64,000 bases of DNA from the IMG/VR virus record IMGVR_UViG_3300010885_017276, positions 1-64,000 of that record. One strand, written 5' to 3'. Numbering within the stretch: the first letter of the stretch is position 1; each line of letters starts with the position of its first letter. The translations under genes were made by a program, and so were the position numbers. Positions 20,322-29,054 of this stretch are shown in pieces. The stretch is from a virus. Under the pieces are notes generated by a model that was given only the letters and a program-made list of their open reading frames with translations, made no database searches and had not been told where the DNA came from.

Positions 20322-21134
20322 TTAGTTGTATACTCTTATTTCTAGTGGTATTATATTTGGTAACATTGTACCTTCTGTTCTTACTCCTGATATATTATAA
20401 GTTTCAAAGGCAATTTGAGAAGCACTATTTATATCTACATTGTTCAAAGATATATTTCCTGTATTTACTTTACTATTAGGTACACTAACAAATGTTTTAT
20501 TTGTTGTAAATAAATTTGATGAATTTATATAATAGAATCCTGCAAAATTTCTAGAAAAAGTTACTGTTCCCAATGTGTTATTAAGGATAGTTGCTGTAGG
20601 GGCACTTGTTCCTGTTTGTGTCAATATAGCTACATATTCTTTATACTTAGGGGTTGTTGTAAATATTAATTCCCAAACAGCAGCTCCTTCTGTATTATCA
20701 GTACACAAGTAAATATCTCCATTATCTAATATCCATCTACTTCCAGATACAAATCCTTTGGTAGAATCATCATTAACTCCTGGGGTAAGTGTAAAGGTGT
20801 GGTTTACTTCACGAATAGTAAATCCATTACTCTCCATAACATACTGTCTTCCTGCTTCCCATTTTAATTCGTAGTCTATAGAGCATATCTGAGATATACC
20901 ACCATTACCCCCAGTCTGACTATTAGTAGTCCCTTTTTGTAATCTTGAACCATTGTCAAAAAGTATCTTAGATGTATCAAGTAACTCAATATTATTTGTA
21001 GTTGTATTGCCTTGATCTGTAACTGATTGTAAATCTTGTGATCCTACTCCTGTTTCTTCTAATGCTTTGACTCTTTCAGGAAGCCTAAACCAAGTGGCTG
21101 TGCTTGGTAATGGGAATTTTAAATAGTTTTTCAT
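20322..21134 (-). CDS. WFRLPERV-leader fibre/decoration-like protein E
   Basis: MKNYLKFPLPSTATWFRLPERVKALEE, QDLQSVTDQGNTTTN fibre motif, C-terminal PLEIRVYN. Confidence 0.75.
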   Translation of the reverse strand: MKNYLKFPLPSTATWFRLPERVKALEETGVGSQDLQSVTDQGNTTTNNIELLDTSKILFDNGSRLQKGTTNSQTGGNGGISQICSIDYELKWEAGRQYVMESNGFTIREVNHTFTLTPGVNDDSTKGFVSGSRWILDNGDIYLCTDNTEGAAVWELIFTTTPKYKEYVAILTQTGTSAPTATILNNTLGTVTFSRNFAGFYYINSSNLFTTNKTFVSVPNSKVNTGNISLNNVDINSASQIAFETYNISGVRTEGTMLPNIIPLEIRVYN

Positions 21135-21140
21135 TTTTTA

Positions 21141-21890
21141 TTAAAGTCTTACAGCACCAATTGAATTGGTTGCTTGATTATGATATAGATATGTACTTCC
21201 TGCAGATGCTCCAAGTAAAACTGTTATTGCTAATGCTGCTGCTGCATGATTTGCATAAGATGGCATACTTGAGTTTGAGAATATTGTTTGTCCAGATAAA
21301 GTATTACTCGTACCAGCACTATTACCAAAAGCATTTACATTATTTCCTGTTGAACTTTGTCCTGCAAATCTTCCAATAAAGTTACAATTAGTTGCATTGT
21401 TTGAATTAGCCCCTGCAAATTCCCCTAAGAAGTTAGAATAAGGTGAGCTTGTTGCAAAAGATCCAGCATATCTACCAATGAAAACACTATAGTATGAATT
21501 AGTAGCATTTTCTCCAGATCTATGTCCAATAAATACTGATTTATATGCATTGGTCGCACCGTCTCCAGCATTTACACCTATGAAGTTTGCGTTATAAACA
21601 CCGGTTGCTCCGTTTCCGGCATAGTAACCAATCATATTATTTTTCTGATTATTGGTATTTTTTCCTGCATTAATACCTAAGTACACACCGTATGTGGTAT
21701 TAAAATTAGATGTAGCAGGATTAGTAGAATAAATAGATGTTCCTGTTGTAGCTATACTTGAAGAGAAATTTTCTACTTCTGTTACTCTATTAGAAACTTC
21801 TTCTATTGATTTCACAATATCTTGTACTCTTTCGGGTAATCTAAACCACTCTTTACCTGTGGGTAGTGGGAATTTTAAATAATTTTTCAT
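21141..21890 (-). CDS. WFRLPERV-leader beta-helix fibre protein F
   Basis: MKNYLKFPLPTGKEWFRLPERVQD; ~15-aa repeats (N/S)xFIGxxAG. Confidence 0.75.
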   Translation of the reverse strand: MKNYLKFPLPTGKEWFRLPERVQDIVKSIEEVSNRVTEVENFSSSIATTGTSIYSTNPATSNFNTTYGVYLGINAGKNTNNQKNNMIGYYAGNGATGVYNANFIGVNAGDGATNAYKSVFIGHRSGENATNSYYSVFIGRYAGSFATSSPYSNFLGEFAGANSNNATNCNFIGRFAGQSSTGNNVNAFGNSAGTSNTLSGQTIFSNSSMPSYANHAAAALAITVLLGASAGSTYLYHNQATNSIGAVRL

Positions 21891-21891
21891 G

Positions 21892-22710
21892 TTATAAATT
21901 TAAATCTTTTACTCTATTTTTTACTTTTTTTTCTATTTCCGGATTTCTTTTTACAGTTGAAATAAGATGGGTATATCCTATAGTTTTAGCTACGTCCTCT
22001 TCTATATAACCTTTACTGGCACTTTTTGGATGAGTATTTGTAATTAGTTCTACTTTATATCCGTAATGTTGGCATAAATGATACACAAAAAACTGTTCAA
22101 AAATTAAAGATGATACTTGTTTAGTGTAATCAACTGTTGATGTTTTTAAATACTCCACATAATTTAATGCTTCGTCCCACCACTCTTGTAAGATGTCTAA
22201 CTTATTAAAAGCTATAATTCCACAATTGTATGCTCTCATACTTTTAGAGTTAAACCATTTTGGTTTATTCTTGTAATTTTTACCAGCGTCTTCTAATAGA
22301 GTTTCATACCAAACTCCTAAGTTTTCATATTCTAATTCTTGAAAAGCTGCATCTGCTTCTAGAAGAATTTTTGCTGGTTTTTTAAACCATATAACATCTG
22401 TATCAATATGTATAAAAGGTTTGTCTTGTATCTTACAGGCATATATTTTTCCTAAAGCCCAGTGACTATTATTTACACCTTTCATAACTTCTTCTAGTCC
22501 AGTGTCTATCTTATCAAACTTTAGACCATACTTTTGTATAAGTTCTTTTCCTTTGTTATCTGTAACTAAATGAACCTCTTTAAAATACTGCTTTGAAAAA
22601 TGTAATGATAACTTAAAACAATCTATTAAGGCTTCTTCTGAATTAAATCCTACATATACACCTTCCATTGGGGATGACCATAGTGAATATACTGCTCTTT
22701 CTATTGCCAT
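21892..22710 (-). CDS. Glycosyltransferase-like protein (DUF6734-like, GT-A fold)
   Basis: YSLWS, LVTD..G, WALGKIYA, PFIHIDTD (DxD), YNCGI, LIFEQ motifs. Confidence 0.7.
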   Translation of the reverse strand: MAIERAVYSLWSSPMEGVYVGFNSEEALIDCFKLSLHFSKQYFKEVHLVTDNKGKELIQKYGLKFDKIDTGLEEVMKGVNNSHWALGKIYACKIQDKPFIHIDTDVIWFKKPAKILLEADAAFQELEYENLGVWYETLLEDAGKNYKNKPKWFNSKSMRAYNCGIIAFNKLDILQEWWDEALNYVEYLKTSTVDYTKQVSSLIFEQFFVYHLCQHYGYKVELITNTHPKSASKGYIEEDVAKTIGYTHLISTVKRNPEIEKKVKNRVKDLNL

Positions 22711-22711
22711 T

Positions 22712-22768
22712 CTATAAATTTGATAGTCCTATGCCTATTGAAAAATTATTATAATATTTTTTTGCCAT
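22712..22768 (-). CDS. 18-aa micro-ORF MAKKYYNNFSIGIGLSNL
   Basis: Fills the gap with 1-nt spacers on both sides; ends GIGLSNL like the upstream protein. Confidence 0.5.
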   Translation of the reverse strand: MAKKYYNNFSIGIGLSNL

Positions 22769-22769
22769 T

Positions 22770-24191
22770 TTATAAATTTGATAGTCCAATTCCTACTCCA
22801 CCATCGTAGTAATAGCTAGGAGTGGTTTCAATAGGATATTCTATTATTTCTAAATGTACATAGGCTTGACTAGTTTCTCCTTCATTAAAATTATATAAAT
22901 CTCTAAATACAAGTTGCCCTGAACTAGGTTTTATAAATGGAATAAAAGTAATAAATGAACTATCTTCTGTAGACTCTTTTACAAATAGTCCTTTTTCTAC
23001 ATATTCATCTATTAAAGTATCATACCCATAAGAATTTGTAATTTTAATATGTGTTTTATTCCAAATTGAATAACTGTATTTTGCAAATTTGTAATAACCA
23101 TCGATTATACTCCATGTACAATTAAGACCAAATGTATTTTCTAGTTCTATATTTTTAAATCTTGCAAAAATAGATGAATCATATAATAATGGATTTGTAA
23201 CTAAATTTCCATTTATTATATTTACATATATACTATAAGCACTTTGACTATTTGACCCTGCTGTTGGCCAAAGTATATAATCTGATCCATCAGCATGAGA
23301 TGGGGTTAAATTTATTATATTAGAAAGATCATTAAATTTTGTTTCTCTTAAATTTTGAGCTGTCCAAATTTGAGTTCCTATTTTTGTTGTAGTATAGGTT
23401 TCTCCATCATTTCCTGTATACTGGCTAATAACTCCTGTATCTGATGTTACTCCATCTACAAGAGATAGCTCTTCAGCTGTAGCTTGTCTTACTAGTCTTA
23501 TAGATAGCCCAGTACTTTTACTTGTATTTCCTATTCCAGCATTTTCTATTCCAGCTACTATTGAATAATATAATCCATTTAAACTAGGATTACTGTCAGT
23601 TGTCCAAAGATAGTTTACTTGCTTTAATCCACCAAAATTTCCTGGTTCTGAACGATATCCACTAGGCACAGCTGAAAAATTATAATTGTCTGTACCCACT
23701 ATTGCTAACCACCCATATAGATCATTATCAGTGCCTGTTATTTTAGATCTTAGTGTAATTCCAGGATTAGGATCATCAATATATGTTTCTAAAGTCTCAT
23801 AATCAGATGCGCTTGGCACTCTCCACAAGTTAGGTTCTTCAAGTAATGAACCACCACTTGGATTTTCTATTTTTTTAGAGTCTGTTGCAGCATACCAATT
23901 ATAGTAGAATCCATATCCTGGCCAGTTATATAATTTTGTTGCTATCTTAGCTCTATATACGTTATATTTAGGTAACTCAGAATTTTTTACAAATTTGTCT
24001 AATGAGGTATTTGTAAAGTCTGATAGATCACGGTTTTCTAGTGCTACCTTGTCTATAGTTAACTCTGAGACTGCGTCTTGTATAACTTCTACTGAATCTG
24101 CAACATCTTTTACTTCTTCAGGCAATCTCCACCAAGATATCTTAGAAGATAAAGGGTAATTTTTCTTAGTGTTGTTAATTATTTTTTTCAT
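22770..24191 (-). CDS. WWRLPEEV-leader protein G with Fibrobacter succinogenes major-paralogous-like domain
   Basis: WWRLPEEVKD leader; YGFYYNWYAA, WRVPS..D, NFSAVPSGYR, GLSIRLVR, KIGTQIWTAQNL motifs. Confidence 0.75.
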   Translation of the reverse strand: MKKIINNTKKNYPLSSKISWWRLPEEVKDVADSVEVIQDAVSELTIDKVALENRDLSDFTNTSLDKFVKNSELPKYNVYRAKIATKLYNWPGYGFYYNWYAATDSKKIENPSGGSLLEEPNLWRVPSASDYETLETYIDDPNPGITLRSKITGTDNDLYGWLAIVGTDNYNFSAVPSGYRSEPGNFGGLKQVNYLWTTDSNPSLNGLYYSIVAGIENAGIGNTSKSTGLSIRLVRQATAEELSLVDGVTSDTGVISQYTGNDGETYTTTKIGTQIWTAQNLRETKFNDLSNIINLTPSHADGSDYILWPTAGSNSQSAYSIYVNIINGNLVTNPLLYDSSIFARFKNIELENTFGLNCTWSIIDGYYKFAKYSYSIWNKTHIKITNSYGYDTLIDEYVEKGLFVKESTEDSSFITFIPFIKPSSGQLVFRDLYNFNEGETSQAYVHLEIIEYPIETTPSYYYDGGVGIGLSNL

Positions 24192-24214
24192 TTTTTGCTA
24201 TTACTTAAGATGTG

Positions 24215-24246
24215 CAAAATTACTAATAAATAATGTATCTGCCAAA
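24215..24246 (-). promoter_or_regulatory. Bacteroidetes sigma-70-type promoter for the fibre island and portal
   Basis: Minus strand TTTG-N20-TAATTTTG. Confidence 0.65.
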
Positions 24247-24259
24247 TTAGTTAAAAATA

Positions 24260-26986
24260 TTAAAACATATTTCTACTCCTTGAGGATGAGCCATATAATC
24301 TTTCTGCCATAGTCTTTTCTGGCTTTCTTTTTTGTTGTTCATCAGGTCTTTGTTTTCTAGGATTTAACGTAGGCAACATGTAGTTGTTAAACAAATAAAA
24401 TTCATATCCAAGACAAGACATAAATGATGTAATCCTATCGACGTTGTTTTCTTTTTTATAAGATATCATTTCATCTAGCAGTCCAATATCATTTATCATC
24501 TGTACACCAAGCATAGTCTTTTCATTGCCGTTTTCATCTACTGTTGTGAACTCTTGCTTGGCATAATTTTTAACAAGACCTAACAAGAACTTTTTATTCT
24601 CTGGCGTAGGTGCCCACCCGTAACGTCTTCTACCGTTTGACTGTTGTGTCATGTCAGACTTAAAGTCCATCGACTCCACAAGCCATAGATCTGTTGCTCT
24701 TTTTCTATCTAAGTATTCTTTAAACCCCATATCGGCATTCTCCATAAAAACTCTAGAGTTAAAGGCTTGCATCAGTAAAAATATCTGTCTATACAGCTTG
24801 TTGTGTGGATCAGGTCTTGTTGCTACTGAGGCTACTATCCTACCACACCACTTGTCCATACCAATATTTACCTTGTAGATATGAAAGGACCCAACAGAGT
24901 CTGTTCCTGATTCCTCTTGCTTATAGTCGTCAAATCCTCCTACATACAAATATGGAACTGGTTTTTCTGATGGTAGGTCTTCGTACAATACAACTGGAGC
25001 GTCTACAAATCCTCCTGGATGTGGATATTCTGCAAGATCTCGGTTGTTCATTTCATAAAAGATCTTACCTGCACTATCCTGCATCATGGTAACCCTCTTT
25101 CCTGATTCTCCTGATTCTATCAGATACTCTTTGTGTCTCTTTGCTTCTAGTGCTGGGAATGGGTTTTCTTCAGATGACATAAAGCACTCTTCTGGATCAA
25201 TAGGATACTGTACAGTTCTTTGCTGTTCAAGTAGTTTGTCTCCTTTTGCTTCCTCTCGCCAATCTTCTAGCTTCTTTTTATTATTTTCCCAGTCAGTTAC
25301 TTGGATAGTGATATCATCCAACATCTGGTCTTGTACACCAATAAAGTCAGAGAACCTTTTTTCTTTTTTTAAGAAGCCCTCCTTATAGGCCATCTGAGCT
25401 GGTACAAACATACCAAACTTTCTGCGTTTCCAAGTTATAAACTCTGGATCTATCTTGTCTTCTAACAAGTCCCAGTCCATAGTCAAAAGGTTATATTTTT
25501 CTGGATCTGCTAGTACAGTATTTGCGTCTTTAGACAAGCCCTCTTCTCCAGCTGTTCCTACAAGAATAGGCACGCACTTAAATCCATAAGGTGTTTCAAA
25601 AGATGGCAGTGCTGCTAGATAAGACTTCAGAAAGTTATACTTACCTATCTCATCATTCACAAATGCACTTGGTGCACCTCCTGCTGTTTTTTGTGAAGAG
25701 TTTTTTGCCCCTGCCGCTAAGTTAATAACCGATATAGTCGAATATTTTACAATATTTGAAGCGTCTTCTTTAAGGCCTAGTATTGTATTACCTCCATCCC
25801 ATGCTTGCTTTTGTACTTCTAGCTTAAATGCCGGAGTTGTATAGTCCATAGACGTTCTTACCTTATCTGTAAGATCAAGTAAATCTTTCTCTGAGCCTCC
25901 TGTAAGAGTAGCTACCGCATTTGGTTTTGTGTGCGATTTCCACTGAATGTAAGAGGCTAATAATACGGACTTAGTAAAACGTCTAGTACCATACAAAAGC
26001 AAACCTTTATCTTTTGCTTCTTCTGCTTTCTTTAAGCTTTCTACAAAGAACCACTCGTTATCCCTAAAGTAAGGGTTGATAACTGGTTCTGTTCCATTGG
26101 GTTGAGGAATAGGGGTCTTGAATATATTTAAGTGCCAATACAACCAAGGATGGAATTTGTAACCACTTATGTTAATTCCTTGAGTAACCTTTTGGTACTC
26201 TTCTTCCCAAAATTGTAAGACATCTTTACTTTGCTCCCAGTAATGCTTTTTAGGATTCCAGGGCGGTATATCTTTAGCTTTCATATTAATTAACATCTCT
26301 TTTGAAGAGGTTAGATCAATAGAACTAAATGCGGCTTCTGTCGCTATTTGTATATCGAGATTTTTAACAATCAAAGGTTCTCTCATTAACAATCCTGCCT
26401 TCTCGTTCTTAAAGAATTTAATTGCGAGGTTATCCGTAGAGTTATTAATATTTAACTTTGATAGTTTCTCTTGTATCTTTATCTTTTCGTTGAACACAGA
26501 GTCCTGGAATACAATTTCTTGGGCCTTCCAGTCAACTTGGTCATCTGTCTCTGCATCTTCTGTAAGTACTTCTAGATTATATTTTAGATAGTTATCACAT
26601 TTTTTAATGTGTATGGTTATAATTTCTACAGTTTCATTAATAAAGTCTTGTGTCTTTTTTAGATGGCGATCTCCTTGTGCCTCTGTTATAAACACAGAAA
26701 GCCTACCGAGTATGGAACTGGTAAGCTCATTTTCCTGTTTAAAGAGTGCCTCTTTAGTTTTACGATACTGATCAGATACTTCTCGCATCTGTTTCTCTAT
26801 TTCCTGAACCTTTTTTGTCCTGGTTTTAGAATCATTATCATCTATGCTATCTAGCTTTTCTGTAAGTACTGCAATCTTCTCGTTATACTTTTCAGAGTCA
26901 TGCCAGTAGTTAGATTCTATTACTAATCTATTTCTATGAAAATACTCTTTATGGTTTTTTATAAAACTGTCAATGTAATCTGACAT
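24260..26986 (-). CDS. terL: Terminase large subunit with N-terminal extension
   Basis: Walker A-like YGTRRFTKS, Walker B FVNDEIGK, GTAG coupling motif, QYP..PEECF, nuclease GGFDDY and NVDR. Confidence 0.85.
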   Translation of the reverse strand: MSDYIDSFIKNHKEYFHRNRLVIESNYWHDSEKYNEKIAVLTEKLDSIDDNDSKTRTKKVQEIEKQMREVSDQYRKTKEALFKQENELTSSILGRLSVFITEAQGDRHLKKTQDFINETVEIITIHIKKCDNYLKYNLEVLTEDAETDDQVDWKAQEIVFQDSVFNEKIKIQEKLSKLNINNSTDNLAIKFFKNEKAGLLMREPLIVKNLDIQIATEAAFSSIDLTSSKEMLINMKAKDIPPWNPKKHYWEQSKDVLQFWEEEYQKVTQGINISGYKFHPWLYWHLNIFKTPIPQPNGTEPVINPYFRDNEWFFVESLKKAEEAKDKGLLLYGTRRFTKSVLLASYIQWKSHTKPNAVATLTGGSEKDLLDLTDKVRTSMDYTTPAFKLEVQKQAWDGGNTILGLKEDASNIVKYSTISVINLAAGAKNSSQKTAGGAPSAFVNDEIGKYNFLKSYLAALPSFETPYGFKCVPILVGTAGEEGLSKDANTVLADPEKYNLLTMDWDLLEDKIDPEFITWKRRKFGMFVPAQMAYKEGFLKKEKRFSDFIGVQDQMLDDITIQVTDWENNKKKLEDWREEAKGDKLLEQQRTVQYPIDPEECFMSSEENPFPALEAKRHKEYLIESGESGKRVTMMQDSAGKIFYEMNNRDLAEYPHPGGFVDAPVVLYEDLPSEKPVPYLYVGGFDDYKQEESGTDSVGSFHIYKVNIGMDKWCGRIVASVATRPDPHNKLYRQIFLLMQAFNSRVFMENADMGFKEYLDRKRATDLWLVESMDFKSDMTQQSNGRRRYGWAPTPENKKFLLGLVKNYAKQEFTTVDENGNEKTMLGVQMINDIGLLDEMISYKKENNVDRITSFMSCLGYEFYLFNNYMLPTLNPRKQRPDEQQKRKPEKTMAERLYGSSSRSRNMF

Positions 26987-27423
26987 TACCCGTTTGTTTT
27001 CTTGAGTAACTCTTTGAAGAAGTCGCTCTCAATAAATTCTTTTCTGGCTAATTCTAGATTGCCTGTTTCTGATTCTACAATATCTCCCTTTTCTACCATA
27101 AACACTTTTTTAGGAGCCCACGATTTCATTTCTGAATAGAACTTAGAAACTTCTTCTGGTAAATCTTCCTTAGAAAACTCTAGATAAGTTTCAATAGTGG
27201 TTATAAGCTTAAAAAACATAATTTGCAAGTCTTTGTTGTACAAGATGGTATCTACATATACATGTGTCAAGATATCTTGTAGCTCTTCTGGAGTTTTACC
27301 TACAATTAAGTCTTTTAAATTCTCATTCTTATTAGCAATATCTGAGTTTTTCTTTTTTACTAATGTTTCAAATTCTTTATACTCAGCATACAAAGATAAA
27401 ACTTTACTTGTTAAATTTTCCAT
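26986..27423 (-). CDS. Hypothetical protein
   Basis: 145-aa helical ORF upstream of terL. Confidence 0.6.
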   Translation of the reverse strand: MENLTSKVLSLYAEYKEFETLVKKKNSDIANKNENLKDLIVGKTPEELQDILTHVYVDTILYNKDLQIMFFKLITTIETYLEFSKEDLPEEVSKFYSEMKSWAPKKVFMVEKGDIVESETGNLELARKEFIESDFFKELLKKTNG

Positions 27424-27424
27424 A

Positions 27425-27616
27425 TTATTCTTTTTCGTCTTCTATTGTTTTTTCCAGAGCAGAGAAAATATCTTCGTCTGATAAAGTTATTAATTCAGAT
27501 ATGGTTCTTGCCCCAGTTAATCTTAATACACTGTACAATAACTCCCCCAAACTATACTGTGGGAACTCCTTTGCAAAGGCTTGTAAATCCCGTAATGCGT
27601 TATTTTTGTAATTCAT
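27425..27616 (-). CDS. Hypothetical protein
   Basis: 63-aa ORF, tight packing. Confidence 0.55.
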   Translation of the reverse strand: MNYKNNALRDLQAFAKEFPQYSLGELLYSVLRLTGARTISELITLSDEDIFSALEKTIEDEKE

Positions 27617-27617
27617 T

Positions 27618-27932
27618 TTATACTATTGCTCCTTTTAGTTTAAAGGTTATTGTTTTTTGATTTTTTTCTTTATCCATTACTCTTTCTACTACTTGTTGAT
27701 TAATAACCCCCATCTTATTTGAATCATACTGAATATCTAATCTTAGTCCATCAGTTAAAATTTCTACAGTAGGTGCGGTGCAACCACAACTTTTGCTTAC
27801 TGATACGTGATCTACTCCTGTAATAATTATGCTAACTAAAGTCTTAGACCCACTCTTTAAAGTTCCGTAATCAATCTCATAGATTGAATCTTTGACTACT
27901 TCTTTTAGATTAAATGCACTTTTTATTTCCAT
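27618..27932 (-). CDS. Ig-like DUF1573-type protein
   Basis: VSKSCGCTAP motif, beta-rich. Confidence 0.6.
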   Translation of the reverse strand: MEIKSAFNLKEVVKDSIYEIDYGTLKSGSKTLVSIIITGVDHVSVSKSCGCTAPTVEILTDGLRLDIQYDSNKMGVINQQVVERVMDKEKNQKTITFKLKGAIV

Positions 27933-27940
27933 TCTTTTTT

Positions 27941-28279
27941 CTATTTTTTGGTTTTTATATTATTCCACTTTCCTTCTGGGCACATATTCTCAGGATCATT
28001 CTGAGAACTTTTAAATATGAGATTGCAACCACAACTTGTGCAAATTGAATCATCGTCTACGCTTACCCCTAATAAAAAATTAAGCATCTTGTTGATTCGA
28101 ACTTTAAAAGTATCAATCAATGTTAACTGCTCTTTATTATCAGAGTTTAGGGGGCACACTTCACAAATACTTAGTCTTTCTTTCTGGGTTTCAGTTAGAA
28201 CACCCTTGTACTCTAACCTACTTTTAATTGCTAATCTAGCTTTTGTTAAAATATTTTTCATGGTTTTTATTATGTTCAT
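27941..28279 (-). CDS. Cys-rich putative Zn-binding protein
   Basis: RLSICEVCP...CTSCGC...K...CPEGKW. Confidence 0.65.
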   Translation of the reverse strand: MNIIKTMKNILTKARLAIKSRLEYKGVLTETQKERLSICEVCPLNSDNKEQLTLIDTFKVRINKMLNFLLGVSVDDDSICTSCGCNLIFKSSQNDPENMCPEGKWNNIKTKK

Positions 28280-28706
28280 CTTCTAAGACTCTCCAGCTCA
28301 TATAAAATACATTCAATAGATTTCTAGGAACTTCTTTTTTTAAACTGTACAATAAATTATAAACAATCGGTTTGTTAAAGTTTTTTAATTCGTGGCCTTT
28401 TTCTTTTTTGAGAAGGCTTTTTAAGTATGCTAATTTATCACTTAGATAACCTTCGCCTCTTTTAGTGTTGCTCTTTGAATCGTAGCAACCCCCCAAGTAG
28501 TAATTAAATCTAAGTTTTCCCATATTGGGAATATTAATCAAAACAACATTACCATCTTCAGCTATTGACTTTTTTAGATATGCTAGATTATGCTTCATAA
28601 TATCATTCAAAAGCTCTTTGTTTTTTCCTGTTTTGGCTGATAACTCTTCTATGATATCCTCGGTTAAATATAAAGCTTTATCCTTGTTTTTTAAATATGA
28701 GGACAT
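28236..28706 (-). CDS. HU/IHF-like DNA-binding protein
   Basis: IIEELSAKTG...INIPNMGKLRF resembles the HU/IHF fold; such genes lie near terL in crAss-like phages. Confidence 0.55.
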   Translation of the reverse strand: MSSYLKNKDKALYLTEDIIEELSAKTGKNKELLNDIMKHNLAYLKKSIAEDGNVVLINIPNMGKLRFNYYLGGCYDSKSNTKRGEGYLSDKLAYLKSLLKKEKGHELKNFNKPIVYNLLYSLKKEVPRNLLNVFYMSWRVLEDEHNKNHEKYFNKS

Positions 28707-29037
28707 ATAATTCTTTTTTATTAACTATAAAACTTTCTCTTATACTATTCATATCTGCAGATAACTTACTCATCCTCATGTTCTTATCACTTGTAAGTAG
28801 GTACCCCTTTTCTCTTAGGTGTACATCTGCAACTCGTATATCTCCATCTTTCTTTCCTGTATCTTCTTTGATATACTCTTTGGTTTCTTTGCTGTAACCG
28901 TTTCTAATATAGTAAATTAGAATTAGTCTTTCAAAATTTCTAAGAGGCTTTTCTTGCGAAATTGAGTAAACTCTCAAGATTTTATCTACTAGGTCTATCT
29001 CGTTTTTATATCTATTTTTCAATGTAGGAAAGTTCAC
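28678..29037 (-). CDS. Putative winged-helix DNA-binding protein
   Basis: GTG start; IRVADVHLREKGYL wHTH-like segment. Confidence 0.45.
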   Translation of the reverse strand: MNFPTLKNRYKNEIDLVDKILRVYSISQEKPLRNFERLILIYYIRNGYSKETKEYIKEDTGKKDGDIRVADVHLREKGYLLTSDKNMRMSKLSADMNSIRESFIVNKKELYVLIFKKQG

Positions 29038-29054
29038 GCTATATAATTTTTACG

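Noticed and set aside
22770-24191. Diversity-generating retroelement targeting the Fib_succ-like domain
   Set aside because: No reverse transcriptase and no ~100-bp template/variable repeat pair differing at adenines; the nearby duplication is only ~16 bp
157-28897. Plus-strand ORFs across the structural arm, and minus-strand ORFs across 31-64 kb
   Set aside because: Antisense shadows of real genes with no coherent starts or motifs
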